From NCBI GenBank assembly GCA_002189035.1, contig NEEC01000362.1, forward strand, positions 1-33,700: 33,700 bases of DNA, read 5' to 3'. A program made the translations under genes and the position numbers. The number at the start of each line of letters is the position of its first letter. The first letter of the stretch is position 1. Origin of the DNA: Utricularia gibba (Eukaryota > Plantae > Magnoliophyta). The notes below the pieces were generated by a model, which saw only the letters and a list, made by a program, of their open reading frames with translations, did not search any database and was not told the DNA's origin. Of this stretch, positions 14,016 to 28,190 are shown one piece after another.

Positions 14016-14295
14016 CACGTGACATCATAATTTAAACAAATGCATCATTTTTTTTAATCGATTTGCATCCTTGACCTCATGAGCCATACAGAATCACCAA
14101 GTTCCCAGCGACTGGCCGCCACAAAACGAGAAGCGTTCCTTGAAAAACCATGTAGGCAGCCCGAAAACGAACGATAATAAATACATCACTTTTTGCCGGC
14201 TACAACTGGGCAAGCCAAGACTTTTTCCGGTTCCAGTGCCCCCAAGACCGCCTCCTCAAGTATAAAGTAAGTTGTTAAAAAAATCATGTGGGGTG
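14016..14295 (+). repeat. A/B mosaic monomer with deletions (280 bp)
   Basis: tgggcaagccaagactttttccggttccagtgccccc, ctcctc and gttaaaa (B-like) in an otherwise A background; cggggtcaagg segment missing. Confidence 0.8.
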
Positions 14296-15531
14296 CACGT
14301 GACATCATAATTTAAACAAATGCATCATTTTTTTTAATCGATTTGCATCCAGTTGACCTCATGAGCCATACAGAATCGGGTCAAGGACCAAGTTCCCAGC
14401 GAGACTGGCCGCCACAAACGAGAAGCGGTTCCTTGAAAAACCATGTAGGCAGCCCCCGAAAACGAACGATAATAAATACATCACTTTATTTGCCGGACTA
14501 CAACTAACTCTCGGTGCAAGCCAAACATTACCTTTGTCCCGTTCCAGGTGCACCCAAAGACCGCCTGCTCAAGTATAAAGTAAGTTGTTGAAAAAATCAT
14601 GTGGGGTGCACGTGACATCATAATTTAAACAAATGCATCATTTTTTTTAATCGATTTGCATCCAGTTGACCTCATGAGCCATACAGAATCGGGTCAAGGA
14701 CCAAGTTCCCAGCGAGACTGGCCGCCACAAAACGAGAAGCGGTTCCTTGAAAAACCATGTAGGCAGCCCCCGAAAACCGAACGATAATAAATACATCACT
14801 TTATTTGCCGACTACAACTAACTTCGGTGCAAGCCAAACTTACTTTGTCCGTTCCAGGTGCACCCAAAGACCGCTGCCAAGTATAAAGTAAGTTGTTGAA
14901 AAAATCATGTGGGGTGCACGTGACATCATAATTTAAACAAATGCATCATTTTTTTAATCGATTTGCATCCAGTTGACCTCATGAGCCATACAGAATCGGG
15001 GTCAAGGACCAAGTTCCCAGCGAGACTGGCCGCCAAAAAACGAGAAGCGGTTCCTTGAAAAACCATGTAGGCAGCCCCGAAAACGAACGATAATAAATAC
15101 ATCACTTTATTTGCCGGACTACAACTAACTCTCGTGCAAGCCAACTTACCTTTGTCCCGTTCCAGGTGCACCCAAGACCGCCTGCTCAAGTAAAAGTAAG
15201 TTGTTGAAAAAATCATGTGGGGTGCACGTGACATCATAATTTAAACAAATGCATCATTTTTTTTAATCGATTTGCATCCAGTTGACCTCATGAGCCATAC
15301 AGAATCGGGTCAAGGACGTTCCCAGCGAGACTGGCCGCCACAAAACGAGAAGCGGTTCCTTGAAAACCATGTAGGCAGCCCCCGAAAACCGAACGATAAT
15401 AAATACATCACTTTATTTGCCGGACTACAACTAACTCTCGTGCAAGCCAAACTTACCTTTGTCCCGTTCCAGTGCACCCAAAGACCGCCTGCTCAAGTAT
15501 AAAGTAAGTTGTTGAAAAATCATGTGGGGTG

Positions 15532-15821
15532 CACGTGAATCGTAATTTAAACAAATGCATCATTGTGATTTGCATCCTTTGTCCTCATGAGCCATAAAGA
15601 ATCGGGGCCCGGACCAAGTTCCTAGCCTGGCCGCCACAAAACGAGAAGCTGTTCCTTGAAAAACCATGTAGGCAACCCGAAAACCGAACGTTAATAAATA
15701 CATCACTTTCTTTGCCGGGCTACAACTTACTTTGGCAAGCCTAAGCTGACTTTTCCCGTTCCAAGTGCCCCCAAGACCGCCTCTCAGTATAAAGTAAGTT
15801 GTTAAAAAAACATGTGGGGTG
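15532..15821 (+). repeat. Type B monomer with small deletions (290 bp)
   Basis: cattgtg, tttgtcc, ataaag, ggcccgg, cctag, agctgtt, aacgtt, cttactttgg, cctaagctga, caagtgcccc. Confidence 0.9.
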
Positions 15822-17376
15822 CACGTGACATCATAATTTAAACAAATGCATCATTTTTTTTATCGATTTGCATCCAGTTGACCTCATGAGCCACAGAATC
15901 GGGTCAAGGACCAAGTTCCCAGCGAGACTGGCCGCCACAAAACGAGAAGCGGTTCCTTGAAAAACCATGTAGGCAGCCCGAAAAACGAACGATAATAAAT
16001 ACATCACTTTATTTGCCGGACTACAACTAACTCTCGGTGCAAGCCAAACTTACCTTTGTCCCGTTCCAGGTGCACCCAAAGACCGCCTGCTCAAGTATAA
16101 AGTAAGTTGTTGAAAAATCATGTGGGGTGCACGTGACATCATAATTTAAACAAATGCATCATTTTTTTAATCGATTTGCATCCAGTTGACCTCATGAGCC
16201 ATACAGAATCGGGTCAAGGACCAAGTTCCCAGCGAGACTGGCCGCCACAAACGAGAAGCGGTTCCTTGAAAAACCATGTAGGCAGCCCCCGAAAACCGAA
16301 CGATAATAAATACATCACTTTATTTGCCGGACTACAACTAACTCTCGGTGCAAGCCAAACTTACCTTTGTCCGTTCCAGGTGCACCCAAAGACCGCCTGC
16401 TCAAGTATAAAGTAAGTTGTTGAAAAAATCATGTGGGTGCACGTGACATCATAATTTAAACAAATGCATCATTTTTTTTAATCGATTTGCATCCAGTTGA
16501 CCTCATGAGCCATACAGAATCGGGGTCAAGGACCAAGTTCCCAGCGAGACTGGCCGCCACAAAACGAGAAGCGGTTCCTTGAAAAACCATGTAGGCAGCC
16601 CCCGAAAACCGAACGATAATAAATACATCACTTTATTTGCCGGACTACAACTAACTCTCGTGCAAGCCAAATTACCTTTGTCCCGTTCCAGGTGCACCCA
16701 AAGACCGCCTGCTCAAGTATAAAGTAAGTTGTTGAAAAAATCATGTGGGGTGCACGTGACATCATAATTTAAACAAATGCATCATTTTTTTTAATCGATT
16801 TGCATCCAGTTGACCTCATGAGCCATACAGAATCGGGGTCAAGGACCAAGTTCCCAGCGAGACTGGCCGCCACAAAACGAGAAGCGGTTCCTTGAAAAAC
16901 CATGTAGGCAGCCCCGAAAACCGAACGATAATAAATACATCACTTTATTTGCCGGACTACAACTAACTCTCGTGCAAGCCAACTTACCTTTGTCCCGTTC
17001 CAGGTGCACCCAAGACCGCCTGCTCAAGTATAAAGTAAGTTGTTGAAAAAAATCATGTGGGGTGCACGTGACATCATAATTTAAACAAATGCATCATTTT
17101 TTTTAATCGATTTGCATCCAGTTGACCTCATGAGCCATACAGAATCGGGGCAAGGACCAAGTTCCCAGCGAGACTGGCCGCCACAAAACGAGAAGCGGTT
17201 CCTTGAAAAACCATGTAGGCAGCCCCCGAAAACCGAACGTAATAAAATACATCACTTTATTTGCCGACTACAACTAACTCTCGGTGCAAGCCAAACCTTA
17301 CCTTTGTCCGTTCCAGTGCACCCAAAGACCGCCTGCTCAAGTATAAAGTAAGTTGTTGAAAAAATCATGTGGGGTG

Positions 17377-17681
17377 CACGTGATATCGTAATTTAAACAA
17401 ATGCATCATTTATTCATCGATTTGCATCCTTTGTCCTCATGAGCCATAAAGAATCGCGGGGACCAAGTTCCCAGCGAGACTGGCCGCCACAAAACGAGAA
17501 GCTGTTCCTTGAAAAACCATGTAGGCAACACCGAAAACCGAACGTTAATAAATACATCACTTTCTTTGCCGGGCTACAACTTACTTTGGGCCAAGGCCTA
17601 AGCTGATTTTTTCCGTTCCAAGTGCCCCCCAAGACCGCCTCCTCATGTATAAAGTATGTTGTTAAAAAAATCATGTGGGTG
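17377..17681 (+). repeat. Type B monomer (305 bp)
   Basis: cacgtgatatcgt, tattcatcg, tttgtcc, gaatcgcggg, agctgtt, gcaacacc, aacgtt, aggcctaagctga, ctcctcatgt, gtatgtt. Confidence 0.92.
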
Positions 17682-18927
17682 CACGTGACATCGTAATTTA
17701 AACAAATGCATCATTTTTTTTAATCGATTTGCATCCAGTTGACCTCATGAGCCATACAGAATGGGGTCAAGGACCAAGTTCCCAGCGAGACTGGCCGCCA
17801 CAAAACGAGAAGCGGTTCCTTGAAAAACCATGTAGGCAGCCCCCGAAAACGAACGATAATAAATACATCACTTTATTTGCCGGACTACAACTAACTCTCG
17901 GTGCAAGCCAAACATTACCTTTGTCCCGTTCCAGGTGCACCCAAGACCGCCTGCTCAAGTATAAAGTAAGTTGTTGAAAAAATCATGTGGGTGCACGTGA
18001 CATCATAATTTAAACAAATGCATCATTTTTTTTAATCGATTTGCATCCAGTTGACCTCATGAGCCATACAGAATCGGGTCAAGGACCAAGTTCCCAGCGA
18101 GACTGGCCCCAAAAACGAGAAGCGGTTCCTTGAAAACCATGTAGGCAGCCCCGAAAAACCGAACGATAATAAATACATCACTTTATTTGCCGGACTACAA
18201 CTAACTCTCGGTGCAAGCCAAACATTACCTTTGTCCCGTTCCAGGTGCACCCAAAGACCGCCTGCTCAAGTATAAAGTAAGTTGTTGAAAAAATCATGTG
18301 GGGTGCACGTGACATCATAATTTAAACAAATGCATCATTTTTTTTAATCGATTGCATCCAGTTGACCTCATGAGCCATACAGAATCGGGGTCAAGGACCA
18401 AGTTCCCAGCGAGACTGGCCGCCACAAAACGAGAAGCGGTTCCTTGAAAAACCATGTAGGCAGCCCCCGAAAACCGAACGATAATAAATACATCACTTTA
18501 TTTGCCGGACTACAACTAACTCTCGGTGCAAGCCAAACCTTACCTTTGTCCCGTTCCAGGCACCCAAAGACCGCCTGCTCAAGTATAAAGTAAGTTGTTG
18601 AAAAAATCATGTGGGGTGCACGTGACATCATAATTTAAACAAATGCATCATTTTTTTTAATCGATTTGCATCCAGTTGACCTCATGAGCCATACAGAATC
18701 GGGGTCAAGGACCAAGTTCCAGCGAGACTGGCCGCCACAAAACGAGAAGCGGTTCCTTGAAAAACCATGTAGGCAGCCCCCGAAAACCGAACGTAATAAA
18801 TCACTTTTTATTTGCCGGACTACAACTAACTCTCGGTGCAAGCCAACCTTACCTTTGTCCCGTTCCAGTGCACCCAAAACCGCCTGCTCAAGTATAAAGT
18901 AAGTTGTTGAAAAAATCATGTGGGGTG

Positions 18928-19227
18928 CACGTGACATCGTAATTTAAACAAATGCATCATTTTTTTATCGATTTGCATCCTTTTGACCTCATGAGCCATA
19001 AAGAATCGGGGCCGGACCAAGTTCCAGCGAGACTGGCCGCCACAAAACGAGAAGCGTTCCTTGAAAAACCATGTAGGCAGCCCGAAAACCGAACGATAAT
19101 AAATACATCACTTTCTTTGCCGGACAACTAACTTTGGGCCAAGGCCTAAGCTGACTTTTTTCCGGTTCCAAGTGCCCCAAAGACCTCCTCATGTATAAAG
19201 TATGTTGTTAAAAAATCATGTGGGGTG
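18928..19227 (+). repeat. B-dominated A/B mosaic monomer (300 bp)
   Basis: cgtaat, ccttttgac, ataaag, tttcttt, aggcctaagctga, ctcctcatgt, gtatgtt; A alleles aacgat and gcagccc retained. Confidence 0.85.
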
Positions 19228-19854
19228 CACGTGACATCGTAATTTAAACAAATGCATCATTTTTTTTAATCGATTTGCATCCAGTTGACCTCATGAGCCA
19301 TACAGAATCGGGGTCAAGGACCAAGTTCCCAGCGAGACTGGCCGCCACAAAACGAGAAGCGGTTCCTTGAAAAAACCATGTAGGCAGCCCCGAAAACCGA
19401 ACGATAATAAATACATCACTTTATTTGCCGGACTACAACTAACTCTCGGTGCAAGCAAACTTACCTTTGTCCGTTCCAGGTGCACCCAAAGACCCCTGCT
19501 CAAGTATAAAAGTAAGTTGTTGAAAAAATCATGTGGGGTGCACGTGACATCATAATTTAAACAAATGCATCATTTTTTTTAATCGATTTGCATCCAGTTG
19601 ACCTCATGAGCCATACAGAATCGGGGTCAAGGACCAAGTTCCCAGCGAGACTGGCCGCCACAAAACGAGAAGCGGTTCCTTGAAAAACCATGTAGGCAGC
19701 CCCGAAAACCGAACGATAATAAATACATCACTTTATTTTGCCGGACTACAACTAACTCTCGGTGCAAGCCAAACCTTACCTTTGTCCGTTCCAGGTGCAC
19801 CCAAGACCGCCTGCTCAAGTATAAAGTAAGTTGTTGAAAAAATCATGTGGGGTG

Positions 19855-20157
19855 CACGTGAATCGTAATTTAAACAAATGCATCATTGTATTCATCGATT
19901 TGCATCCTTTTGTCCTCATGAGCCATAAAGAATCGGGGGGGACCAAGTTCCTAGCGAGACTGGCCGCCACAAACGAGAAGCTGTTCCTTGAAAAACCATG
20001 TAGGCAACCCGAAAACCGAACGTTAATAAACATCACTTTCTTTGCCGGGCTACAACTTACTTTGGGCAAGGCCTAAGCTGATCTTTTTCCGGTTCCAAGT
20101 GCCCCCAAGACCGCCTCCTCATGTATAAAGTATGTTGTTAAAAAATCATGTGGGGTG
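19855..20157 (+). repeat. Type B monomer (303 bp)
   Basis: cattgtattcatcg, ccttttgtcc, cctag, agctgtt, aacgtt, aggcctaagctgatc, ctcctcatgt, gtatgtt. Confidence 0.92.
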
Positions 20158-20780
20158 CACGTGACATCATAATTTAAACAAATGCATCATTTTTTTTATT
20201 CGATTTGCATCCAGTTGACCTCATGAGCCATACAGAATCGGGGTCAAGGACCAAGTTCCCAGCGAGACTGGCCGCCACAAAACGAGAAGCGGTTCCTTGA
20301 AAACCATGTAGGCAGCCCCCGAAAACGAACGATAATAAATACATCACTTTTTTGCCGGACTACAACTAACTCTCGTGCAAGCCAAACTTACCTTTGTCCC
20401 GTTCCAGGTGCACCAAAGACCGCCTGCTCAAGTATAAAGTAAGTTGTTGAAAAAATCATGTGGGGTGCACGTGACATCATAATTTAAACAAATGCATCAT
20501 TTTTTTTTAATCGATTTGCATCCAGTTGACCTCATGAGCCATACAGAATCGGGGTCAAGGACCAAGTTCCCAGCGAGACTGGCCGCCAAAACGAGAAGCG
20601 GTTCTTGAAAAACCATGTAGGCAGCCCCCGAAAACCGAACGATAATAAATACATCACTTTATTTGCCGGACTACAACTAACTCTCGTGCAAGCCAAACCT
20701 TACCTTTGTCCCGTTCCAGGTGCACCCAAAGACCGCCTGCTCAAGTATAAAGTAAGTTGTTGAAAAAATCATGTGGGGTG

Positions 20781-21085
20781 CACGTGACATCATAATTTAA
20801 ACAAATGCATCATTTTTTTAATCGATTTGCATCCAGTTGACCTCATGAGCCATACAGAATCGGGGCAAGGACCAAGTTCCCAGCGAGACTGGCCGCCACA
20901 AACGAGAAGCGGTTCCTTGAAAAACCATGTAGGCAGCCCGAAAACCGAACGATAATAAATACATCACTTTATTTGCCGGGCTACAACTACTTTGGCCAAG
21001 CCTAAGCTGACTTTTTCCGTTCCAAGTGCCCCCAAGACCGCCTGCTCATGTATAAAGTAAGTTGTTAAAAAAATCATGTGGGGTG
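20781..21085 (+). repeat. Mosaic monomer: A-type 5' part, alternating B/A alleles in the 3' part
   Basis: A to tttatttgcc, then gggctac, tactttggcc, cctaagctga, caagtgcccc (B), ctgctc (A), catgt (B), gtaagt (A), gttaaaa (B). Confidence 0.85.
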
Positions 21086-24000
21086 CACGTGACATCGTAA
21101 TTTAAACAAATGCATCATTTTTTTTAATCGATTTGCATCCAGTTGACCTCATGAGCCATACAGAATCGGGGTCAAGGACCAAGTTCCCAGCGAGACTGGC
21201 CGCCACAAAACGAGAAGCGGTTCCTTGAAAAACCATGTAGGCAGCCCCCGAAAACGAACGATAATAAATACATCACTTTATTTGCCGGACTACAACTAAC
21301 TCTCGGTGCAAGCCAAACCTTACTTTGTCCGTTCCAGGTGCACCCAAAGACCGCCTGCTCAAGTATAAAGTAAGTTGTTGAAAAAATCATGTGGGGTGCA
21401 CGTGACATCATAATTTAAACAAATGCATCATTTTTTTTATCGATTTGCATCCAGTTGACCTCATGAGCCATACAGAATCGGGGTCAAGGACCAAGTTCCC
21501 AGCGAGACTGGCCGCCACAAAACGAGAAGCGGTTCCTTGAAAAACCATGTAGGCAGCCCCGAAAACGAACGATAATAAATACATCACTTTATTTGCCGGA
21601 CTACAACTAACTCTCGGTGCAAGCCAAACATTACCTTTGTCCGTTCCAGGTGCACCCAAAGACCGCCTGCTCAAGTATAAAGTAAGTTGTTGAAAAAATC
21701 ATGTGGGGTGCACGTGACATCATAATTTAAACAAATGCATCATTTTTTTTAATCGATTTGCATCCAGTTGACCTCATGAGCCATACAGAATCGGGGTCAA
21801 GGACCAAGTTCCCAGCGAGACTGGCCGCCACAAAACGAGAAGCGGTTCCTTGAAAAACCATGTAGGCAGCCCCCGAAAACGAACGATAATAAATACATCA
21901 CTTTATTTGCCGGACTACAACTAACTCTCGGTGCAAGCCAAACATTACTTTGTCCCGTTCCAGTGCACCCAAAGACCGCCTGCTCAAGTATAAAGTAAGT
22001 TGTTGAAAAAATCATGTGGGGTGCACGTGACATCATAATTTAAACAAATGCATCATTTTTTTTAATCGATTTGCATCCAGTTGACCTCATGAGCCATACA
22101 GAATCGGGGTCAAGGACCAAGTTCCCAGCGAGACTGGCCGCCACAAAAACGAGAAGCGGTTCCTTGAAAAACCATGTAGGCAGCCCCGAAAACCGAACGA
22201 TAATAAATACATCACTTTATTTGCCGGACTACAACTAACTCTCGGTGCAAGCCAAACCTTACCTTTGTCCCGTTCCAGGTGCACCCAAAGACCGCCTGCT
22301 CAAGTATAAAGTAAGTTGTTGAAAAAATCATGTGGGGTGCACGTGACATCATAATTTAAACAAATGCATCATTTTTTTTAATCGATTTGCATCCAGTTGA
22401 CCTCATGAGCCATACAGAATCGGGGTCAAGGACCAAGTTCCCAGCGAGACTGGCCGCCACAAAACGAGAAGCGGTTCCTTGAAAAACCATGTAGGCAGCC
22501 CCGAAAACCGAACGATAATAAATACATCACTTTATTTGCCGGACTACAACTAACTCTCGGTGCAAGCCAACTTTTTGTCCGTTCCAAAGACCGCTGCTCA
22601 AGTATAAAGTAAGTTGTTGAAAAAATCATGTGGGGTGCACGTGACATCATAATTTAAACAAATGCATCATTTTTTTTAATCGATTTGCATCCAGTTGACC
22701 TCATGAGCCATACAGAATCGGGGTCAAGGACCAAGTTCCCAGCGAGACTGGCCGCCACAAAACGAGAAGCGGTTCCTTGAAAAACCATGTAGGCAGCCCC
22801 GAAAACGAACGATAATAAATACATCACTTTATTTGCCGGACTACAACTAACTCTCGGTGCAAGCCAACTTACCTTTGTCCCGTTCCAGGTGCACCCAAAG
22901 ACCGCCTGCTCAAGTATAAAGTAAGTTGTTGAAAAAATCATGTGGGGTGCACGTGACATCATAATTTAAACAAATGCATCATTTTTTTTAATCGATTTGC
23001 ATCCAGTTGACCTCATGAGCCATACAGAATCGGGGTCAAGGACCAAGTTCCCAGCGAGACTGGCCGCCACAAAACGAGAAGCGGTTCCTTGAAAAACCAT
23101 GTAGGCAGCCCCGAAAACCGAACGATAATAAATACATCACTTTATTTGCCTACAACTAACTCTCGGTGCAAGCAAACTTACTTTGTCCCGTTCCAGGTGC
23201 ACCCAATGCTCAAGTATAAAGTAAGTTGTTGAAAAAATCATGTGGGGTGCACGTGAATCATAATTTAAACAAATGCATCATTTTTTTAATCGATTTGCAT
23301 CCAGTTGACCTCATGAGCCATACAGAATCGGGTCAAGGACCAAGTTCCCAGCGAGACTGGCCGCCACAAAACGAGAAGCGGTTCCTTGAAAAACCATGTA
23401 GGCAGCCCCCGAAAAGAACGATAATAAATACATCACTTTATTTGCCGGCTACAACTAACTCTCGGCAAGCCAAACATTACCTTTGTCCGTTCCAGTGCAC
23501 CCAAGACCGCCTGCTCAAGTATAAAGTAAGTTGTTGAAAAAATCATGTGGGGTGCACGTGACATCATAATTTAAACAAATGCATCATTTTTTTAATCGAT
23601 TTGCATCCAGTTGACCTCATGAGCCATACAGAATCGGGGTCAAGGACCAAGTTCCCAGCGAGACTGGCCGCCACAAAACGAGAAGCGGTTCCTTGAAAAA
23701 CCATGTAGGCAGCCCGAAAACCGAACGATAATAAATACATCACTTTATTTGCCGGACTACAACTACTCTCGGTGCAAGCCAAACTTACCTTTGTCCGTTC
23801 CAGGTGCACCCAAAGACCGCCTGCTCAAGTATAAAGTAAGTTGTTGAAAAAATCATGTGGGGTGCACGTGACATCATAATTTAAACAAATGCATCATTTT
23901 TTTTAATCGATTTGCATCCAGTTGACCTCATGAGCCATACAGAATCGGGGTCAAGGACCAAGTTCCCAGCGAGACTGGCCGCCACAAAACGAGAAGCGGT

Positions 24001-26346
24001 TCCTTGAAAAACCATGTAGGCAGCCCGAAAACGAACGATAATAAATACATCACTTTATTTGCCGGACTACAACTAACTCTCGGTGCAAGCCAAACTTACC
24101 TTTGTCCGTTCCAGTGCACCCAAAGACCGCCTGCTCAAGTATAAAGTAAGTTGTTGAAAAAATCATGTGGGGTGCACGTGACATCATAATTTAAACAAAT
24201 GCATCATTTTTTTTAATCGATTTGCATCCAGTTGACCTCATGAGCCATACAGAATCGGGGTCAAGGACCAAGTTCCCAGCGAGACTGGCCGCCACAAAAC
24301 GAGAAGCGGTTCCTTGAAAAACCATGTAGGCAGCCCCGAAAACGAACGATAATAAATACATCACTTTATTTGCCGGACTACAACTAACTCTCGGCAAGCC
24401 TAAGCTGACTTTTGTCCGTTCCCCCCCAAGACCGCCTGCTCAAGTATAAAGTAAGTTGTTAAAAAATCATGTGGGGTGCACGTGACATCATAATTTAAAC
24501 AAATGCATCATTTTTTTTAATCGATTTGCATCCAGTTGACCTCATGAGCCATACAGAATCGGGGTCAAGGACCAAGTTCCCAGCGAGACTGGCCGCACAA
24601 AACGAGAAGCGGTTCCTTGAAAAACCATGTAGGCAGCCCCGAAAACGAACGATAATAAATACATCACTTTATTTGCCGGACTACAACTAACTCTCGTGCA
24701 AGCCAACTTACCTTTGTCCGTTCCAGGTGCACCCAAAGACCGCCTGCTCAAGTATAAAGTAAGTTGTTGAAAAAATCATGTGGGGTGCACGTGACATCAT
24801 AATTTAAACAAATGCATCATTTTTTTTAATCGATTTGCATCCAGTTGACCTCATGAGCCATACAGAATCGGGGTCAAGGACCAAGTTCCCAGCGAGACTG
24901 GCCGCCACAAAACGAGAAGCGGTTCCTTGAAAAACCATGTAGGCAGCCCCCGAAAACCGAACGATAATAAATACATCACTTTATTTGCCGACTACAACTA
25001 ACTCTCGTGCAAGCCAAACATTACCTTTGTCCGTTCCAGGTGCACCCAAAGACCGCCTGCTCAAGTATAAAGTAAGTTGTTGAAAAATCATGTGGGGTGC
25101 ACGTGACATCATAATTTAAACAAATGCATCATTTTTTTTAATCGATTTGCATCCAGTTGACCTCATGAGCCATACAGAATCGGGGTCAAGGACCAAGTTC
25201 CCAGCGAGACTGGCCGCCACAAAACGAGAAGCGGTTCCTTGAAAAACCATGTAGGCAGCCCCCGAAAAGAACGATAATAAATACATCACTTTATTTGCCG
25301 GACTACAACTAACTCTCGGTGCAAGCCAACCTTACCTTTGTCCGTTCCAAGTGCACCCAAAGACCGCCTGCTCAAGTATAAAGTAAGTTGTTGAAAAAAT
25401 CATGTGGGGTGCACGTGACATCATAATTTAAACAAATGCATCATTTTTTTAATCGATTTGCATCCAGTTGACCTCATGAGCCATACAGAATCGGGGTCAA
25501 GGACCAAGTTCCCAGCGAGACTGGCCGCCACAAAACGAGAAGCGTTCCTTGAAAAACCATGTAGGCAGCCCCGAAAACCGAACGATAATAAATACATCAC
25601 TTTATTTGCCGGACTACAACTAACTCTCGGCAAGCCAAACCTTACCTTTGTCCGTTCCAGGTGCACCCAAGACCGCCTGCTCAAGTATAAAGTAAGTTGT
25701 TGAAAAAATCATGTGGGGTGCACGTGACATCGTAATTTAAACAAATGCATCATTTTTTTTAATCGATTTGCATCCAGTTGACCTCATGAGCCATACAGAA
25801 TCGGGGTCAAGGACCAAGTTCCCAGCGAGACTGGCCGCCACAAAACGAGAAGCGGTTCCTTGAAAAACCATGTAGGCAGCCCCGAAAACGAACGATAATA
25901 AATACATCACTTTATTTGCCGGACTACAACTAACTCTCGGTGCAAGCCAAACCTTACCTTTGTCCGTTCCAGGTGCACCCAAAGACCGCCTGCTCAAGTA
26001 TAAAGTAAGTTGTTGAAAAAAATCATGTGGGGTGCACGTGACATCATAATTTAAACAAATGCATCATTTTTTTTAATCGATTTGCATCCAGTTGACCTCA
26101 TGAGCCATACAGAATCGGGGTCAAGGACCAAGTTCCAGCGAGACTGGCCGCCACAAAACGAGAAGCGGTTCCTTGAAAAACCATGTAGGCAGCCCCGAAA
26201 ACCGAACGATAATAAATACATCACTTTATTTGCCGGACTACAACTAACTCTCGGTGCAAGCCAAACTTACCTTTGTCCGTTCCAGGTGCACCCAAAGACC
26301 GCCTGCTCAAGTATAAAGTAAGTTGTTGAAAAAATCATGTGGGGTG

Positions 26347-26640
26347 CACGTGACATCATAATTTAAACAAATGCATCATTTTTTTATCGATTTGCATCAT
26401 GAGCCATACAGAATCGGGGCAAGGACCAAGTTCCAGCGAGACTGGCCGCCACAAAACGAGAAGCGGTTCCTTGAAAACCATGTAGGCAGCCCGAAAACCG
26501 AACGTTAATAAATACATCACTTTATTTGCCGGGCTACAACTTACTTTGGGCAAGCCTAAGCTGATCTTTTTCCGGTTCCAAGTGCCCCCAAGACCGCCTC
26601 CTCATGTATAAAGTAAGTTGTTAAAAAAATCATGTGGGTG
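26347..26640 (+). repeat. B-dominated mosaic monomer with deletion (294 bp)
   Basis: ccagttgacct segment missing (tttgcatcatgag); aacgtt, gggctacaacttactttggg, cctaagctgatc, ctcctcatgt present. Confidence 0.85.
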
Positions 26641-27884
26641 CACGTGACATCATAATTTAACAAATGCATCATTTTTTTAATCGATTTGCATCCAGTTGAC
26701 CTCATGAGCCATACAGAATGGGGTCAAGGACCAAGTTCCCAGCGAGACTGGCCGCCACAAAACGAGAAGCGGTTCCTTGAAAAACCATGTAGGCAGCCCC
26801 CGAAAACGAACGATAATAAATACATCACTTTATTTGCCGGACTACAACTAACTCTCGGTGCAAGCCAAACATTTTTGTCCGTTCCAGGTGCACCCAAAGA
26901 CCGCCTGCTCAAGTATAAAGTAAGTTGTTGAAAAAATCATGTGGGGTGCACGTGACATCATAATTTAAACAAATGCATCATTTTTTTTAATCGATTTGCA
27001 TCCAGTTGACCTCATGAGCCATACAGAATCGGGTCAAGGACCAAGTTCCCAGCGAGACTGGCCGCCACAAAACGAGAAGCGGTTCCTTGAAAAACCATGT
27101 AGGCAGCCCCCGAAAACCGAACGATAATAAATACATCACTTTATTTGCCGGACTACAACTAACTCTCGGTGCAAGCCAAACTTACTTTGTCCGTTCCAGG
27201 TGCACCCAAAGACCGCCTGCTCAAGTATAAAGTAAGTTGTTGAAAAAATCATGTGGGGTGCACGTGACATCATAATTTAAACAAATGCATCATTTTTTTT
27301 TTAATCGATTTGCATCCAGTTGACCTCATGAGCCATACAGAATCGGGGTCAAGGACCAAGTTCCCAGCGAGACTGGCCGCCACAAAACGAGAAGCGGTTC
27401 CTTGAAAAACCATGTAGGCAGCCCCCGAAAACGAACGATAATAAATACATCACTTTATTTGCCGGACTACAACTAACTCTCGGTGCAAGCCAACCTTACC
27501 TTTGTCCCGTTCCAGGTGCACCCAAAGACCGCCTGCTCAAGTATAAAGTAAGTTGTTGAAAAAATCATGTGGGGTGCACGTGACATCATAATTTAAACAA
27601 ATGCATCATTTTTTTTAATCGATTTGCATCCAGTTGACCTCATGAGCCATACAGAATCGGGGTCAAGGACCAAGTTCCCAGCGAGACTGGCCGCCACAAA
27701 ACGAGAAGCGTTCCTTGAAAAACCATGTAGGCAGCCCCCGAAAACCGAACGATAATAAATACATCACTTTTATTTGCCGGACTACAACTAACTCTCGTGC
27801 AAGCCACCTTACTTTGTCCGTTCCAGTGCACCCAAAACCGCTGCTCAAGTATAAAGTAAGTTGTTGAAAAAATCATGTGGGGTG

Positions 27885-28190
27885 CACGTGATATCGTAAT
27901 TTAAACAAATGCATCATTTATTTATCGATTTGCATCCTTTGACCTCATGAGCCATAAAGAATCGGGGCAAGGACCAAGTTCCTAGCGAGACTGGCCGCCA
28001 CAAAACGAGAAGCTGTTCCTTGAAAAACCATGTAGGCAACACCGAAAACCGAACGTTAATAAATACATCACTTTCTTTGCCGGGCTACAACTTACTTTGG
28101 GCAAGGCCTAAGCTGATCTTTTTCCGGTTCCAAGTGCCCCAAACCGCCTCTCATGTATAAAGTATGTTGTTAAAAAAATCATGTGGGGTG
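27885..28190 (+). repeat. Type B monomer (306 bp)
   Basis: gatatcgt, cctag, agctgtt, gcaacacc, aacgtt, tttcttt, aggcctaagctgatc, gtatgtt. Confidence 0.92.

Noticed and set aside
2347-23249. Other short monomers (2347-2645, 8157-8460, 12785-13080, 22950-23249) as distinct subfamilies
   Set aside because: Each deletion is essentially private, not shared between copies, and most simply explained as sporadic consensus error or single events.
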